The notes: generated by a model not told the origin, from the sequence alone. A stretch of DNA of 64,000 bases from Takakia lepidozioides (GCA_030704615.1 CM060733.1:51336001-51400000); one strand, 5' to 3'; positions 1 to 13,769 are shown, counted from the first letter of the stretch. A program made the numbers and translations.

Positions 1-3000
1 TTGTTGACAGGTTGTGTCCTCTCAGAATCATCCATGTCATCAAGGTTGTTGCTAAGAAGGAGAGTGATCTGATTCTTCTCAAGTTGCATGCCATGAATGA
101 GCCCAGCCACAGGATTGCCTGCTTTCTTCTCCTCTTTCACCATGCGTGCCAGGTCTTTCCAATCCATGCCGCTTGCCAATGCTGTTCGCACCGCCATGAT
201 TGCAGCATCCACATCATCAAGGTTGTACTCTATTAGTTCCGCCATGTGAACTGACTGGTCAACTTCTTTTTTGAGTACCTCCACCCGGTTTGTCTGCACC
301 AACATCATTCCAATACTGCTTCAGTATTCATGATTTCCCTAACATGCTCCCTAATCATTCCCAAAAGAGGTCATTGCAAGACCAAGAGTAATCAAACTAA
401 ATGCTGCAACCTTGAAAAGAACGGAGTGTTTGACATTGCTTGAGAGTTTAATGTGTAAGACAATTGTGGAACATTTTAGGGCAACATCATGTGTGTTTGT
501 TGGGCTGGGGGGAAAGAGAGACGTACAGAAAAAGAGTTGTACTCCTCGGACGTTGGTTGCCATAGCCTTATAAACCCCAACGCCCGCTTACTAAAGCTAG
601 GCCATAGGGGTGGGGCAGGAGGGGGCAACTACAATTTTGGAAGGCTTAATCTATAGTAGGAACTAACCCTTAAATATAAAGCTTGTTTTTGCCTTGTAAG
701 CTCTTAACTAATGAATTTAATGTTAGACACGAGAACTCAGGCCCAAAGAGGGCCACTACTTTTGCCTTTGCTTTCAGCTTCTCAAACTGAGTAAAAGGAG
801 AAGCAGTGACAGTCGGTTTGATGCTTTGAAAGAGGGCTTCTTGTTGACCAAGTTTACAACGCATCAGAAAATGAAAATATTCAGGTGAAAATGAAAATGT
901 TCACTGAAAATATTCATTTTCATTGAAAGAGGGCTTTTCACTTTCACCAGGACATCAGAAATTTTTGCTACCCTCACCACCATGCCAACAGATGAGATAT
1001 GTAGATTTCCTTTTTCTCACCAAGGTGAACTTCCTGTACAGAAGTGGGTAGCCTACTATAAGTTTGGTGCCAACGTTGGGAGTGATGCGAGATGAGTGAG
1101 ACCTGGTCAGCACGAATCTTGTCAAGCTTTGAGAATGCAGAATCTTCTTGTGCTTTGCGTTGTTGCTCAGCTCGCTGCCCTTCAATCTTGCTAAAAAACT
1201 CATCCATTGCAGCGTCAAAGGTGTCTATCTTCATAGCATCCCGTTCATCAAATTGTCTCAATGGTAGGGGTGCAAACTCATCATATATCTGCCAGCAGTT
1301 ACCATGCATCCTCATCAGCAACCCTCCACATTCACAGTCCCTGCAGCGTGACCTTGCTTGCCACTTGCAAGATTTGAGAGGTGCTACATTGGCTTCCCAG
1401 TGTCCCTAATAATTTGACACAATCTGGTTTCCATTCAAAACTAAATATCACGTAGGTGCCTACCTTCTCCACAGGCTCTTGCTGCTCACAAGATGAGATC
1501 TGCATCCTCCCTTTAGTCTTCTTTTGCATATAAATGTACCCATGGGGGATTTGTTCTCCTTTGACAACACTTTCCAGCCAATCCTCAAACCTCACCACAG
1601 CTGCCATCAAGGACTGCAGCAGATCTTTGTTCTGTATTAACATCCCATTGGGGTCTTTGTTCAGTTTAAGAGTGGGTGGTAATCCAGCATCCAGTATTAT
1701 GTGCTCACATAGCGCAGGTCCGTATCCCAAACTCTCCCCAAGCACAGTCTTCAAGGTTGGTCCAATATCCCCCTTCTTGCCACCAGCAGTCTTCTCTTGA
1801 GTTTCCTTCGCCCCCTTTTCTGGCTTCACCTTCCCTTTCTTTGATTCCTGAGACCCTGTTTCAGATTCGGCCTCGGTATTGGCTACATGCTGTCTAACAT
1901 CCCCTACTGTCTGAGCCTTCAAGGCCATTTCAACCCTCTCTGCACATGTTCTCTGGAACAGGCGGCAAGAGTCAACTGGATAGTGGTGCCGTGCCATCAT
2001 CACGATGCCCTTCTCATCATCCCTGGAAACCGCACTAGGGTTAGACTGCAGCCAGTGTCCTTGCATAAGGTTAGGGCTGGAACACATTGAGATGGGTGGG
2101 CGCCGGCGTAGAAACTGCATGAATATAGTCCTGCACCCACTTGCTGAGCAGTAGTGCAGGCCAAATCATGCAGGGGAATACCAGTCCCCTGATTCACACC
2201 TATTCACATTAATGAACCAGAATTCACCTTCACAAATGAGATCTTCAGAACTTGATTCTCTTGGTCAGTTAATCCACAACATAGCAATGCACAACCCAAA
2301 CACCAGTTTGCAGAAAGTACAACCTGTGGCTGCGAAGCAAAGTGAGGACATTGTAATCACCATCAGTAAGAAGCAGATTGCCCTGGGCGTAAAGCTCCAG
2401 AAGAATATGATGAGTGCCTTCTCCAAGGCCAAATTGGAAGTCAACCACCTGTTGTCCCCACACCCTTGTCATACTAAGCCTCACTGCTTCCCTTGCCAAT
2501 ATGCTTGTCTGCCAAGATATGTTGCTCCAAAGCTAGGAGAGATCATACACCTATACTGTGAAATGGCGCACATCTACATAATGCAGCATTGAATTCCTGC
2601 CTACACATACGAATTTCACACCACAGCTCTGGGGATACAAACACCCATGAATAGAGAGACAAGAAGAAACCCAAAGCATGAAGATAACCCAGAGCATTGT
2701 TAATACAAATCGCTGGCTGACAGCTGTAATATTCTACTCTAAATGTGGGAGATTCCCGCTCAAACTGGGCGCGGGGTCAATGGCCACAAGGCTACGGCAA
2801 ACAACGTCTTATGAGTACAATCTAAATGTGGGAGAGAGTGTTTGGATTAGTTAAGTAGAAGAAATGTACACGATCAATGCCAAGCTGGCGAACATCCTCC
2901 AGGCGGCGGGTGCGAATATGTTTCCGTAGTTTCAGTGTGAAGCCTGATGGTGTCGCGCTCTTGTCCCTAAATAATCGGAAGTACACCTCCACGAATATCA

Positions 3001-4280
3001 CAATAGAGTAGTATTTTTCAACCACGATGCAACATGGACAATTTCGTCATATGGAAGCTGCCTACCTGCTATAGAATGTTGCAGTTGAAAGTTTGGAATT
3101 CAAATACTGTGGAGAGCTGGAAAGTGAATATTCACACTCACTGTGAAACATACAACACAGGCATAATCTGTTCATCAATTCTCTTGCAGAAACTTACCGG
3201 GCAAACTCAGTTGTATGGAGACGGACACCACTCTCCAGCAGCAGCAAGGCCTTCTCACTTTCACCAGACTCTGTCACTCCGCTACTTTTGGCGAGTTTAA
3301 TCACATAAGTCTGGACATACACAAACACCCAGCCGGAAACCAGTACACCAGACCTCAGGGCTGCTTTCTCAACGGGACCATCTGCACGTCCTACTTTCAA
3401 CCTGCCTTGACAAGACTTACTAGGGTTAATGACCGTGCTTGTTCGAATCCAATCCAAGGAAAAACCCATGAGAGTAGGGTTTAGCATTCTAAAGCCCTTT
3501 CTCACTCCAGCCCAAGTCAGTCAGTGCCAACCTATGAACCACCACCAAGAAACTCGCCATCAAGGACATAGTGAATTCTCCATAACTGTTTTCGCATGTC
3601 AACCTCTACGTTACTTTGAATAAGCAAGGAAACGACAGGAAGGTGCTGAAATTGGGGACATCCACATTCCTAACAGGAACCACATGAATATATAATTGAT
3701 ACTCTCAATTGTAAACGTCACATGGCAATGTCACTGCCACATTACTGCCACATTATGGCAATGCTCGTAAGAGTGTCCACATCCTCACTTGCCTTGTGTA
3801 AATTCACCAAGACAAATCGTTTGAGGAGTCAGATTCCTAACAAGATCCTTAGAGAGGGACAGTGTGTGTGTCCCCAAATACAGAAGAAATGACCAAAGAA
3901 TAGAGACTGACTCAGACCACCAAATATCCAGGATAACTGGAAATTCTAACGAGTTAGACTACTCAATGCAACGCAGTGGTGACTTGACCCTTTTCTGCAA
4001 TTTGCTGTTGCCTTTGCAGAGGGACTTGCTAGTTCCCTGCCTTATTTTTGTCCTGTTGGTTTTGGTTCTTAGTCAATTGTTTTCATTTCAAGAAACATAA
4101 ATTCATACTTCACTTCTCAGTTACCCACTTCCACCTCTGCCCACACACACAGGGATAGAACGCCCCTGTACAAACCTTCGGCGATAGATCATACACATTC
4201 GCACAGCGCATGCCTATGAGCCTTCGTAGACACAGCACTTCCGCCGCCACATCGGCTGTCGTCATCCGCACCTTCACCAT
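1..4280 (-). CDS. NEMF: Nuclear export mediator factor NEMF / RQC2 (ribosome quality control), 5' portion; multi-exon, continues beyond the left window edge
   Basis: ATG at 4280. Spliced exons read MVKVRMTTADVAAEVLCLRRLIGMRCANVYDLSPK (~4280-4176), TYVIKLAKSSGVTESGESEKALLLLESGVRLHTT (~3310-3198), DKSATPSGFTLKLRKHIRTRRLEDVRQLGIDR (~2966-2871), VVDFQFG..ILLELYAQGNLLLTD (~2448-2324), a large exon with GYGPALCEHIILDAGL (~2026-1462), IYDEFAPL..FDAAMDEFFSKIEGQR (~1287-1104) and an exon from ~297 to the edge. These are NFACT-N hallmarks. Confidence 0.95.
2753..2820 (+). mobile_element. 68-bp 3'-terminal copy of the LINE at 36022-37571, in a NEMF intron
   Basis: Near-identical to ~37505-37570. Flanked by a perfect 15-bp TSD tctaaatgtgggaga (2738-2752 and 2821-2835). 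Confidence 0.9.
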
Positions 4281-4404
4281 CCTGGCAATCAACTTCTCTC
4301 CAACAAACCTAATTCTTAATCCGCGCTCCTTCCGTACCACTCCCTCTCCCTCTTCCCCTCTTCCTTCACAAACACATACAGGAGGAGACAGGGGAGGAAG
4401 GAGG

Positions 4405-4684
4405 GGGGGAGGGAGGACCAGGTGGACCTGTGAAATACCGGGCTGGGGGACCCGCCGGGGTGGTCCATAGCATGCATGCAGCATACCCATGCATGGGGAT
4501 GGGCATGCGTGGCATGGGCATAGGCCAGCCCTAGGGTGTGGAGGGGCAGCTCTGGCTATGGCGGAAGGCAGGCTCGGGAGCAACGCAGGGAAGGGTTAGC
4601 AGCGTAAGCAGGGTCAGCTATGGTGCCAGCCATGGGCCAGCTCTCCTCCCTTCCTAATTCAAACTGTGGGTGCCCGCCATCTAT
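4405..4684. mobile_element. GC-rich, CATG-rich transposon-terminus-like fragment in the bidirectional intergenic region
   Basis: Ends ctcccttcctaattcaaactgtgggtgcccgccatcta, resembling ctcccttgcattcaactccaaggccccatcta at 56553-56584. Same CATG-rich composition. Confidence 0.4.
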
Positions 4685-5242
4685 TCGTTTGTCTGTTTGA
4701 GGACATGCGATTCTGCTTTGAATGTGATCGTGGGTTTGAGAATTGGAAGCGATTGTGGGTGTGCGAAGCTAGATTGGTTGCTTTTGTTTTCTTCGCATCT
4801 CTCTGTCACTTTGTCTCCAGCCAGGGTGGGATTTAGCACGAAGCTTTTTGTTATCACGCTAATTCCACCTTCTGCATTCATTCTCTGTTTTTGGTCTTTT
4901 GCTTGCCGTTGAGCTTCGGGATAGCTTTTGGTTTGTTTTAACTTGCAGTTAGCCAAAGTTTCCACGAAATTCTTCACTCACTTGGTAGAGCTGTGTGAAC
5001 ATGCCTATGGGCAATGTCAGGCAGGATTTATCATCTTCAGTCTTTCACTTTTTCGATCGAGACAGAAATTCCGTGGTCCGCTCAGTTTAGGCGCAGTCTC
5101 TCTTGAATTTACCTCGTTTTCTGCTGCCCAGGAAGCCTTCAACTTGTGCGGAATAAGATTCTCAACATTCACCTCGGACTTTACTTGACGCCGTTTGAAA
5201 GAGGATTTTTGTGAAGATTATTTTTCTGCGATATAGGAGAAG

Positions 5243-8200
5243 ATGGCCACCCGGTTGGCCACAGCGGGCCACTATAACTTGAACGCTGGGAGCACCTTAG
5301 TAGGAAACACACTTCATGACTTGAACACAGTGGATTCGAGAAATGGAGACCTTGAGGGAATCACGGACAGGGATGCACCCACAGGAGACAGTCTAGAGAA
5401 CGAGGACGACTCAAATTCGGGTGGGGTATGTACTTACATCACCCTCTCGCACTCTAATTGCCTGCAGGTGGCTTAAATGGCTTCTCTCAGGTTGACTAGT
5501 AGTAGGTTTATAGCTTTGTGGAGTGGCCTGTATCATTGTCTCTCGCATTGACTACCCGGGCTTTCTTTAATGCCAAGTTTATTATTTTTGTTGTTGCCTG
5601 TGTACTTGTGATCTCTGCTACTGATTCCATGCAAGGGGAATTTGTTTTTGTACTTACCGGACATTGCTTCCCCTGTCTTTGTCCCTATAGACTCCTCTGG
5701 ACCAGAGAGATTTATGTACTAGACTTGGCCTACTGTAGAGTTGGCCCATTTCTAGTTCAGGGAAGAGAGGGGAGGGGGAAGGGAAACAAAATTGTGGAAG
5801 GTACACCCGAGTCTTGGGATTTTACTTATTGATTTTCGTGCTTGCCTTCCAGATCTGTTGTTGTAAAACCTTTTAGCCTAGTACCAACTTTTATGCCAAG
5901 TAGTGAACCCCAGAATTCAGACTGGAAGAACTCCTCATTCTAGTGTATGTTGAGTAACTCTGTGTTCGATGCTTCAAAGAGGCCCTGTGTTCAAAACCCC
6001 TCACAATGCAGCTGAATGTCTACTATCCTCATCATCATGCTCACAATTTGAAGACGTGGATTCTCCTTTTTCCAGCTCATCTGCAGAGGCATGCAATATA
6101 CTCAATTTATCACCCTAGCAAAAAGAAAGGTTGGAGAGAGAAGAGAGAGAAGAGAGAGAAAGATCAAAAGTTTTTGCATCCATGGGTGGCCCAAAGGGAG
6201 ATAGAGAGAGAGAGGAACTCTATATTCTAGGGGGGACCACATTAAATGACATGCACATTTACATGCCACATACCAACCATTTTGAGCCTGTTCACAAGCA
6301 TTTACCACAAACATGCTCAAACAACCACAATCAAATCATTGTAATGGATTGGATGTTAGGCATTCAACTACAGATCTTTGTACCTTTACCAAGACAGTGC
6401 AGTGAGCAAACCTTTATAGCACCTGAGGAAGAGAGGAAAGAGAGGTCTAATACAGGGTTCTGATGACAAATGGCAGGATTGTGGGCCTCAGTCATATGGC
6501 AACTCACTTGCGTTACAGGGAGTGGATGGACCAGATCCAGACCATTCAATGACTCTGGACAATGAAGGGCCTCGGTCTCCATATGGGATGCTCTCCATAA
6601 ATGGTGAGTTGCAGGGCACTTCACATTGTTAAATTTGCAGATCGTTGTATTACATCCTTATTACTGTGGTTTTCTCATCTGTGTAGCATGTTCCACAAGC
6701 TTTTAGTGTACTGGAGTAAGCGGTGACTGTATGCATTCAACTTGTTGTGGAGACTACAGGAGTGATGCAGTCTTCTTGTGAGTTTGTGCATGAGGGCGAA
6801 AATGGTTGTCCAGGGCCTGCTCACTCTCAATAAATAGTTATGGTTTGCGTCCTTCTGTGCTACATCATTGCGATCACTTTTTTCTAGCCAGCTTACTAAT
6901 CTTCACTGTTGCACCCTTAGAAAATTGCATAGTAATGTTAGTGTACTAATGCGGTGGGATTCACATGGTGGACTCACAAGGAGTTATCCGTTGTGTGAGC
7001 AGATGTGATTCCAATTGAATCAACTAGAGCGCGTTTTCTTCAGCTGATTATAGACCATTTTATCACGTATCATGTCGTTCCTGCTGTTGAATCCCCTGAG
7101 ACAAATTATAACAGTCCCAACAGTAAAGAGAAGTTGAAAAAGCGCAAATCAAGAGACGTGCAGTACGAAGGCGACCCCAGATTCTTACTGCCACTGACGT
7201 TTGTTGCAAATCTTTATGAGACACTCATTCGTGAAGTGAACCAGCGGCTGGCTACAGTGGAGGGCCTCCATGAGAAAACGTTTGGGGTGGCTCTTGAAGC
7301 TGCTGGGGGCTTGTACAGGAGGCTTGTTAAAAGGTATCCCAAAGCAGGTGAGGTTCATTATTCCTTGACTCTTTATACACTGCTGCAGTGAAAGTTTGGA
7401 TCACTTTGACGGCACCCAGGTCCTCTTTGACAATGTCTGCAGGGGGTTTTAATCAACTGCTCGAAAGGTAGCTAACATGCTCGTTGCTCTCGAAACCACT
7501 GTTTGAAAATCTTCTCACCTGTTCGGGACCACTTGACCATGCCATTTGTTCCTGTTGCGTCTCTCAATGTAATCTGACCCTGGTTGACACAGAACCGGAG
7601 GAGTCAATGCAGGCAGCAAATTGCTTCCCGGGATCCCCAAACACATGCAGAGTGGGGAATGGTGCCTTTGGTATGTCTTCCACCTTCCCATCTCATTCCT
7701 GCTTTGCCACTGGTTTTTGTTGGCCTGCTGCACAGCCACACATTTCTTTTTCTTTTTATCCTCTTTCAGACATTTTGTGTGATAATATGCAGTGGGGGAG
7801 CGCAGAGACTCATGGACTGGGGTTGCAGGGCCTACCATGACATTCAAGAGACGTGAAATGGCATCTGCGTTGGAGGCACGCACCAAGTTCCCACAGCTGG
7901 TGACTGGTGAAGAGAAGCGTGTGCGTTTTGTGGTGGTCCATGGCCTAGAGCTTGTTGAACGCCCCAATCTCTCACAAGAGGATGCGGAGTGGTATGTTTC
8001 CATGCCCATAGTTTGCCCCTGGACTATGCCACTGGTGCAGGTTTGGCTTTTGGGGAAGTAGATCTTCAACATCTTCCGTTTAGGGTGGGAAAAGACCTTC
8101 CTATTCCAAGTCGAAGTCCTCTTGGATATCCACAAGGTTCAGAAAAAATGCAGGCATGTAGGCCAAGTTCCAAACCAAGTTGAAAGAGAACCAGTTTGGC

Positions 8201-11200
8201 ACCCGACCTAGGAATGCTCAATTTCCCTGAAAAACCGTTCCTTTAATGTGGTTTGTTTTCCAGAAAAAAAACTGACTGTTCTACTTTGATCATGGTGTGC
8301 TGGGAACGGGGCCTTTCCCAGAGGACAGCGCAGTTTCCCTTCTTGAATTTAGACTTTGCCTATGTTGGACATTTCATCACACACCACATTTGTTTAACAA
8401 ACATGATGTAAACACAATGGGGCATGGAAAAGCCAATTTCCATGAAGGACCTATTCTTGTATGTGGGTTAGCCTGTATAGTGTCAGAAATGTCCATCCGT
8501 TTTATCTATATGAGCTGGTTTGTTGGCAGGTTCAAACGTTTGACAGGAAGGCATGAAGCAGCAATATCAGAGAGGGACTACAAGTATTTTGCAGCCAGGG
8601 TGAAGCATCGCCGTGCTCCTCAGAACTCACTCTCGAGCATGCCGGGGCTGGTACATCTTTCACAGCCTACTTCGTCTGTTCACTGTGCTGTCCCATAATA
8701 TGGGTGTGCTCATTAAGCTTGATTGGTCACCTGCATTTTCTTGTCTGGGTTTTTCTGGGAACCTCCAGGAATACTTTTCTTGCACTTGAGATACTAACTC
8801 ATAAACAAAATGCCTTGAATTCCAACCTTGTGTTGTGGCAGATTTGTTACTCACACAATCAAACATACTTTTGTTGTTCTTTAGGTCTTGGTCATTTAAT
8901 TTGCATTCTCCCCACACACTGTTTGGCTTTTGCCATACCTGTTGTCAAGTATGGCAATAGTGTTGCTGTTTGGTTCTCTGTGAGCCCGCCCAAAGGAACT
9001 TCTTCAGATGCATGTGGGGTGGTTAGCTCTATGCTCTCCCAAATGATGACATTAGCACCAGGCAGTGTGCCTCTTTGGTCAGTTTTGAAGTTTATATTCT
9101 TATCATTTCAAATGGTTTCCGTACTTTCTTGCATGCTGAAGCCAGCTTCTGGCCGAAAATGCCTGCTACTCTTTAAGCCTGTTTAGCAATACCTGGTGGA
9201 GTTTGCTCATGAATTTGAGGTAATACTATGTCAATGGCACTTGTGCCTGAGACTAGGAGTGGCACTGATGGATATCATATGTTGGACCTACATTGATATT
9301 ACAGCCCTTCCCCAGCGGAGAACCTCCTGCAAGTTTGTCACCCACATCCCTACGCTCAGCGGTATGTGCCAGCTTTGCTACTTTAGTGATGTTTAGAGTT
9401 GGAAGATCTATCATCTGTGTTGAAGCCTAGCTAGCTTGAAATAGTTTAAAATCACAAGACAGAACCAAAGGACTAAGAAAGTGGAAGTGAGGGAAGAATT
9501 GTGTGTCTCATGTTGGTTTCTGAGTTGCTGGTTGTGGGCCTCAGCCATTTTCAAGTGGAGAAAGTGGAAGTGTTCAAGCACACTCATCGGTATGTATGTT
9601 TGTTCCCTTCTTGAAGAGCTGCTCCCTTTTAAGTTTGCATGTGTGGTTATAGGGGGTATGTCATTCTGTGTGTGTGTGTGTGTATGTGTACCTGTATACA
9701 TCTAGGTACTTACTATTGGACATTGCTTGCCGGAGCCTTAGGCACAATACCTGTGCAATTTCTGGAGGGAGGAATAGAATGGAAGAATTTTGACGTACAT
9801 GAGGCCCAGAGGGCCAAGTAGAAAGACACAGTAGAACCATTGAAACCAAAGAACAAACAAACCCCTATCATTTGACAAAGATGGAGTGCCCAAGCCAGCA
9901 AAGCCGCTAAGTGAGGAAGAGAGAAAGGAGGAGTTCCAAAAGGAGGGCCAAACAGCCTATGGGACCAGAACGGAGAGGTGCACTCCAAAGATTATGCCTT
10001 TCATAGCCTTGTGACCATAGTTGCCATCCCTTGTTTGGAGTTTGGACGCAGTGGGGAGAGGAGAACAGCAGGGTGGCCATATGTTTGCTTGGTCCAGTCA
10101 GAGGATGTCCTGGAAATTAAATTGGTTCTGGGCTTCCAGATTTGGCCTTAAGTCAAAGAGAGGAGTAGTACGGTTTTTTTATGCTCACAGAGAGGTTTTC
10201 ACACCCGGCAGAATCCCCACTGACACTGGCCCTGCATCATTTTCTGTCTTTCTCATCATGTCCACCTGTCATGCACGTGTTAGCAAGGGAAAGAAAACTT
10301 TAGAACGTCTGTGTTGGGGGCCAGAGGACCATGTAAAACTACAAGAGAACCACATTAAAACACTACGAATCGTAGGAAGATAAGAGGGAGGGAGAGAATA
10401 AGTTTGTCTGATAGGCCTTCCTATTTTCAGTAACTAGTTGCCATATTCATATTTCAGTAGGATGTGGGCTGTATCTGAGATGTTACAGTCACATTTACCA
10501 TGGTTGGTCACAAGGCAGTATATTGATAAAGTGTGCATTCTGTATGTCTGTAATTGGGGTGTCCTAATTTAAGAGGGAGTAACTGTTTCCTTGTTAGCCT
10601 ATAATACTACTACAGTTGTCCAAAATGTTGATCTCATGTGTACTCAGTATAGACTATGGGCAATAACATTAAAATGAGCAAATTGTGTGTTGCAGCAACA
10701 TCAGCATCAACACCAAGGGCAACAGCAGCAGCAACACACACAACATCAACCACATGCTCTACAACATGCACCGCACACTCCACACATCCCTCCACTTGCA
10801 ACACGTGACATGGAGTCCCCATTGATGCACTCGGGGATCATTGTTGTTGCGGTGCGTCACATCCATATATATGTTTCCTAAATGCAATCTATTGCTCCTC
10901 TCTTGCCCCCTCTCCACCTCTGTCCATGTTTTTTGCAACTTAAGTAAGTCCTCTCAAACATGCAGGAGTTTAGAAAAGGTCCTTGTTGCAGTCATCCTTG
11001 TTGCAGCCATCCTTTCTCCTCCCTATTTATATCACTTGACATATTCTTCTTACTGTTTTCACTTCAAGCAATCTATGAGCAAGACGTTTATGTAAGTTAG
11101 ACAAGCTTAAGTGTGGTTGCTTGCACTACTGCTGACATTGTTTGCTGTCCAATACCAGCCAGCAGGTCCTCCAAAGTTTTGTGATGAGTGTGGGACGGCC

Positions 11201-11260
11201 TACATGCGAGAAACTTCCAAGTTCTGCTCGGAGTGTGGCACCAAGCGGCTTGGGATGTGA
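5243..11260 (+). CDS. Plant-specific uncharacterized protein, At2g02148-like, with His/Gln-rich tract and C-terminal double CxxC zinc ribbon; about 8 exons
   Basis: Exons ~5243-5425, 6477-6604, 7003-7348 (PIESTRARFLQLIIDHFI..YEGDPRFLLPLTFVANLYETL..GVALEAAGGLYRRL), 7829-7991 (EEKRVRFVVVHGL), 8530-8651 (FKRLTGRHEAAIS), 9305-9361, 10697-10851 and 11159-11260 (PPKFCDECGTAYMRETSKFCSECGTKRLGM*), with GT-AG boundaries. Confidence 0.88.
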
Positions 11261-12139
11261 ATAGTTTGCGTATAATCACAACTTTTTGGAATGCCCTCAA
11301 TAGGGGAAAGCTAAGGAAAATTCCCCTCATACATAAACCGCTCCCCCTCCAAACCTACTCTCGTTCTATACCTTCTCTATCTTTCCTGTGTGGTGAAGTA
11401 GGTGACTTGGAGTCCTCGGCATTGTCTCCCCAAATTAAAAGTCGGGAGTTGTATAATAATGAGGAACTTGTTTGCCCTTGATGGTTGAGGGAAGAGGCCA
11501 CTGATCATGGTCTCTAAGCTACAGTGGTAAGAGACTATGCATCAGTGCATAAAGCATCCTGGAATCGATTTGGCCCACCAGTCCCCGTCCAAGATGCTCA
11601 TGGTGGTGTAGTAAAGTTGATGTGGGACGTGGGACGGTCGGACCTCAACCCAATAATGGCCCATGTGGTAATGGACCCCTTTGTCTTGGAAAACTCTAAT
11701 ACATGTCTTTTTGGGGTTCACCAACATTGTACAGGTGTTGGGTGTTGACCCCACCAGATTATTGTGGGGTCCCAGTGTATATATGAAGTTTGGTAGTTTG
11801 ATTTGTTGGTTCTGTCCCTTCAGGGCAGAGACTTTGCATCATGTTGACAATGGAGAACCTGTGGTCAACTGACCTTACACCGTGTCGAGAGTATGATTGG
11901 TCTAAAAAAGCTCTCAAATATAAACTATAGACCATGTGGCAGCTTGTCAAAATTGTTACTTCAATGGACAGAGCCACTCGCGGTGGCTTGTTTTGTTTTG
12001 TGTCCTCGTTGAGATCTCCCAAACCGCAAAGCCTCCACCCGGGTATTGATACTATTGGAAGGCCCTAGATGAGTAGGGATGAGGTGGTGTCATAACCGTA
12101 GTGCCCCTTAACCATAGTGAGAGGAGAATTTTGACAACC

Positions 12140-12260
12140 AAGATGTAGCCGCCAAGTGGTAATGGCCACATACCGGCTGGAAGAGTTGTGGGTTCAATCC
12201 AGCGATTGGTATCACAAAGGTGTCCAACTTCCTACCTAGCCCATGGGGTCGAGACATCAT
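12140..12260 (+). mobile_element. Possible tRNA-derived SINE head
   Basis: A-box-like gccaagtggtaatggc and B-box-like gggttcaatcc with tRNA-like spacing; no complete cloverleaf. Confidence 0.35.
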
Positions 12261-12545
12261 AAATTACGTTTCTTTCGGTAGGTCATATATTATTATGACA
12301 TTATTATTGAGAGGAGAAAGTAACCTCTTTCACTCAGCATTCTCTGGAATACTTAGGAGAAATTTGCTGATCACAGGTGAGACCCGTTGAGTAGTGGGGT
12401 TGGTCATTTTGTTTTTTGTAGGGTTTTTTGTTGAGCGTCAAGTTTTCTTCATCATGCTTAAGTTTGCTCCATTTTTGCACTAAAAATACAAGAGTGCCAG
12501 TTTTGCTTTCCTTTTTTGTAACACCTATGAGCGACAGCATCAGCA

Positions 12546-12592
12546 TCAGGCCCCTTAATTATAGTGAGAGGAGAAAATAACCTCTTTCAAAG
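12546..12592 (+). repeat. Dispersed ~45-bp repeat tcaggccccttaattatagtgagaggagaaaataacctcttt (TE terminus)
   Basis: Copies at ~12546, ~13722 and ~47879; partial copies at ~12103 and ~12309. Confidence 0.8.
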
Positions 12593-13125
12593 TAACCTCA
12601 CCCTGAAAACAAGAAGATTGATTATACCACACCCAATAAGGTAACAGGATTTGAACCCGGACTCACCTGGGTTCTCAAAGCAATTTCACTCTTTGTAATA
12701 TATATGTAGAAATATATCTATATATATATGTATATCTATATATATGTACACATATAGGGGGACAGTTCTTAGGAGGCCTGTTTAGTCAGACTATGTAGGT
12801 TGAGGTGAGACATCATGCACTTCAAGGAGAAGTGGAATGAGAGGAGTCAACAGTGCACCAATTTACATAAAAGCAAATCACCAAAATCTACATCTTTGAA
12901 GCCATTTGGCAACCAAGCAAACAACGTTCAATGATTTCAGCATAGTCATATGAAGAACACATATTGTCCTCTTCATTTGTGAAGAAACCCAGCAGCAAAA
13001 TCTAGTAATAGATCTCCAAACAAAAGCTGAGATTTTTGCAAATCTATCCTTCATAAGACAAGAGAGCAGTGATTTTCTTAAGGAATTTGGAAAACAGCAC
13101 AAGTGGCTACAGAGTTTTGAGGAAA

Positions 13126-13328
13126 TAGCCATTTATTCTGTTCATCCACTAATTCATCCACCTATGTACCATCATCCATATTTGGCGAATTCATCCATAA
13201 TTTATTTTTTCTTTGGAGAAATTTGGCGATTTCATCCATGAAAAAACAGTGGATTTGCGACAGAATATTCGATTTTTTTCTGAGGTCGAAATCTGGCGAT
13301 TATTCGCCACTAAAAGAATGGCTGCTAG
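13126..13328. mobile_element. Possible ~200-bp MITE
   Basis: Short imperfect inverted ends (tagccattt... / ...aaagaatggctg) with internal repeated tggcga and catcca motifs. Confidence 0.3.
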
Positions 13329-13769
13329 AGAGAAGACTCCAGCAGTAGCCAGTGAAACTCAAAACTACCTCGCCTTTCAGCTACTGTCCTTTTTCAGTGG
13401 TGGACCCGGTGGACCCTACATACTGGTGGTGGTGGATTTTGAGAGGCTAGGTTGTGGGATGGATATTGTGATGTGTGACACATGTATGGTAGGGTGGAGA
13501 CATGGTTGAGGAGATGGCCCACATATGGTGTGTGCTGGTGGCTGTTTGCAATGGTTGCCCATGTATTGCACCTATCAAATTTAAGGGTTTGTCTAATCTG
13601 GGTATCGGTGAACGTCGTGGTGGACTAGAAGTGGTTGGAGAGCTTTTTTGTCCAATATGGAGGATTTAGTTTTTTTTTTTTTTAATTTTAAGGGAAACAC
13701 CTGGGAGTGACAACTCACAAATCAGGCCCCTTGATAGTGAGAGGAGAAAATAACCTCTTTCACATAACC

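Noticed and set aside
12140-12205. Functional tRNA gene
   Set aside because: A- and B-box-like motifs are present, but no acceptor or anticodon stems could be formed.
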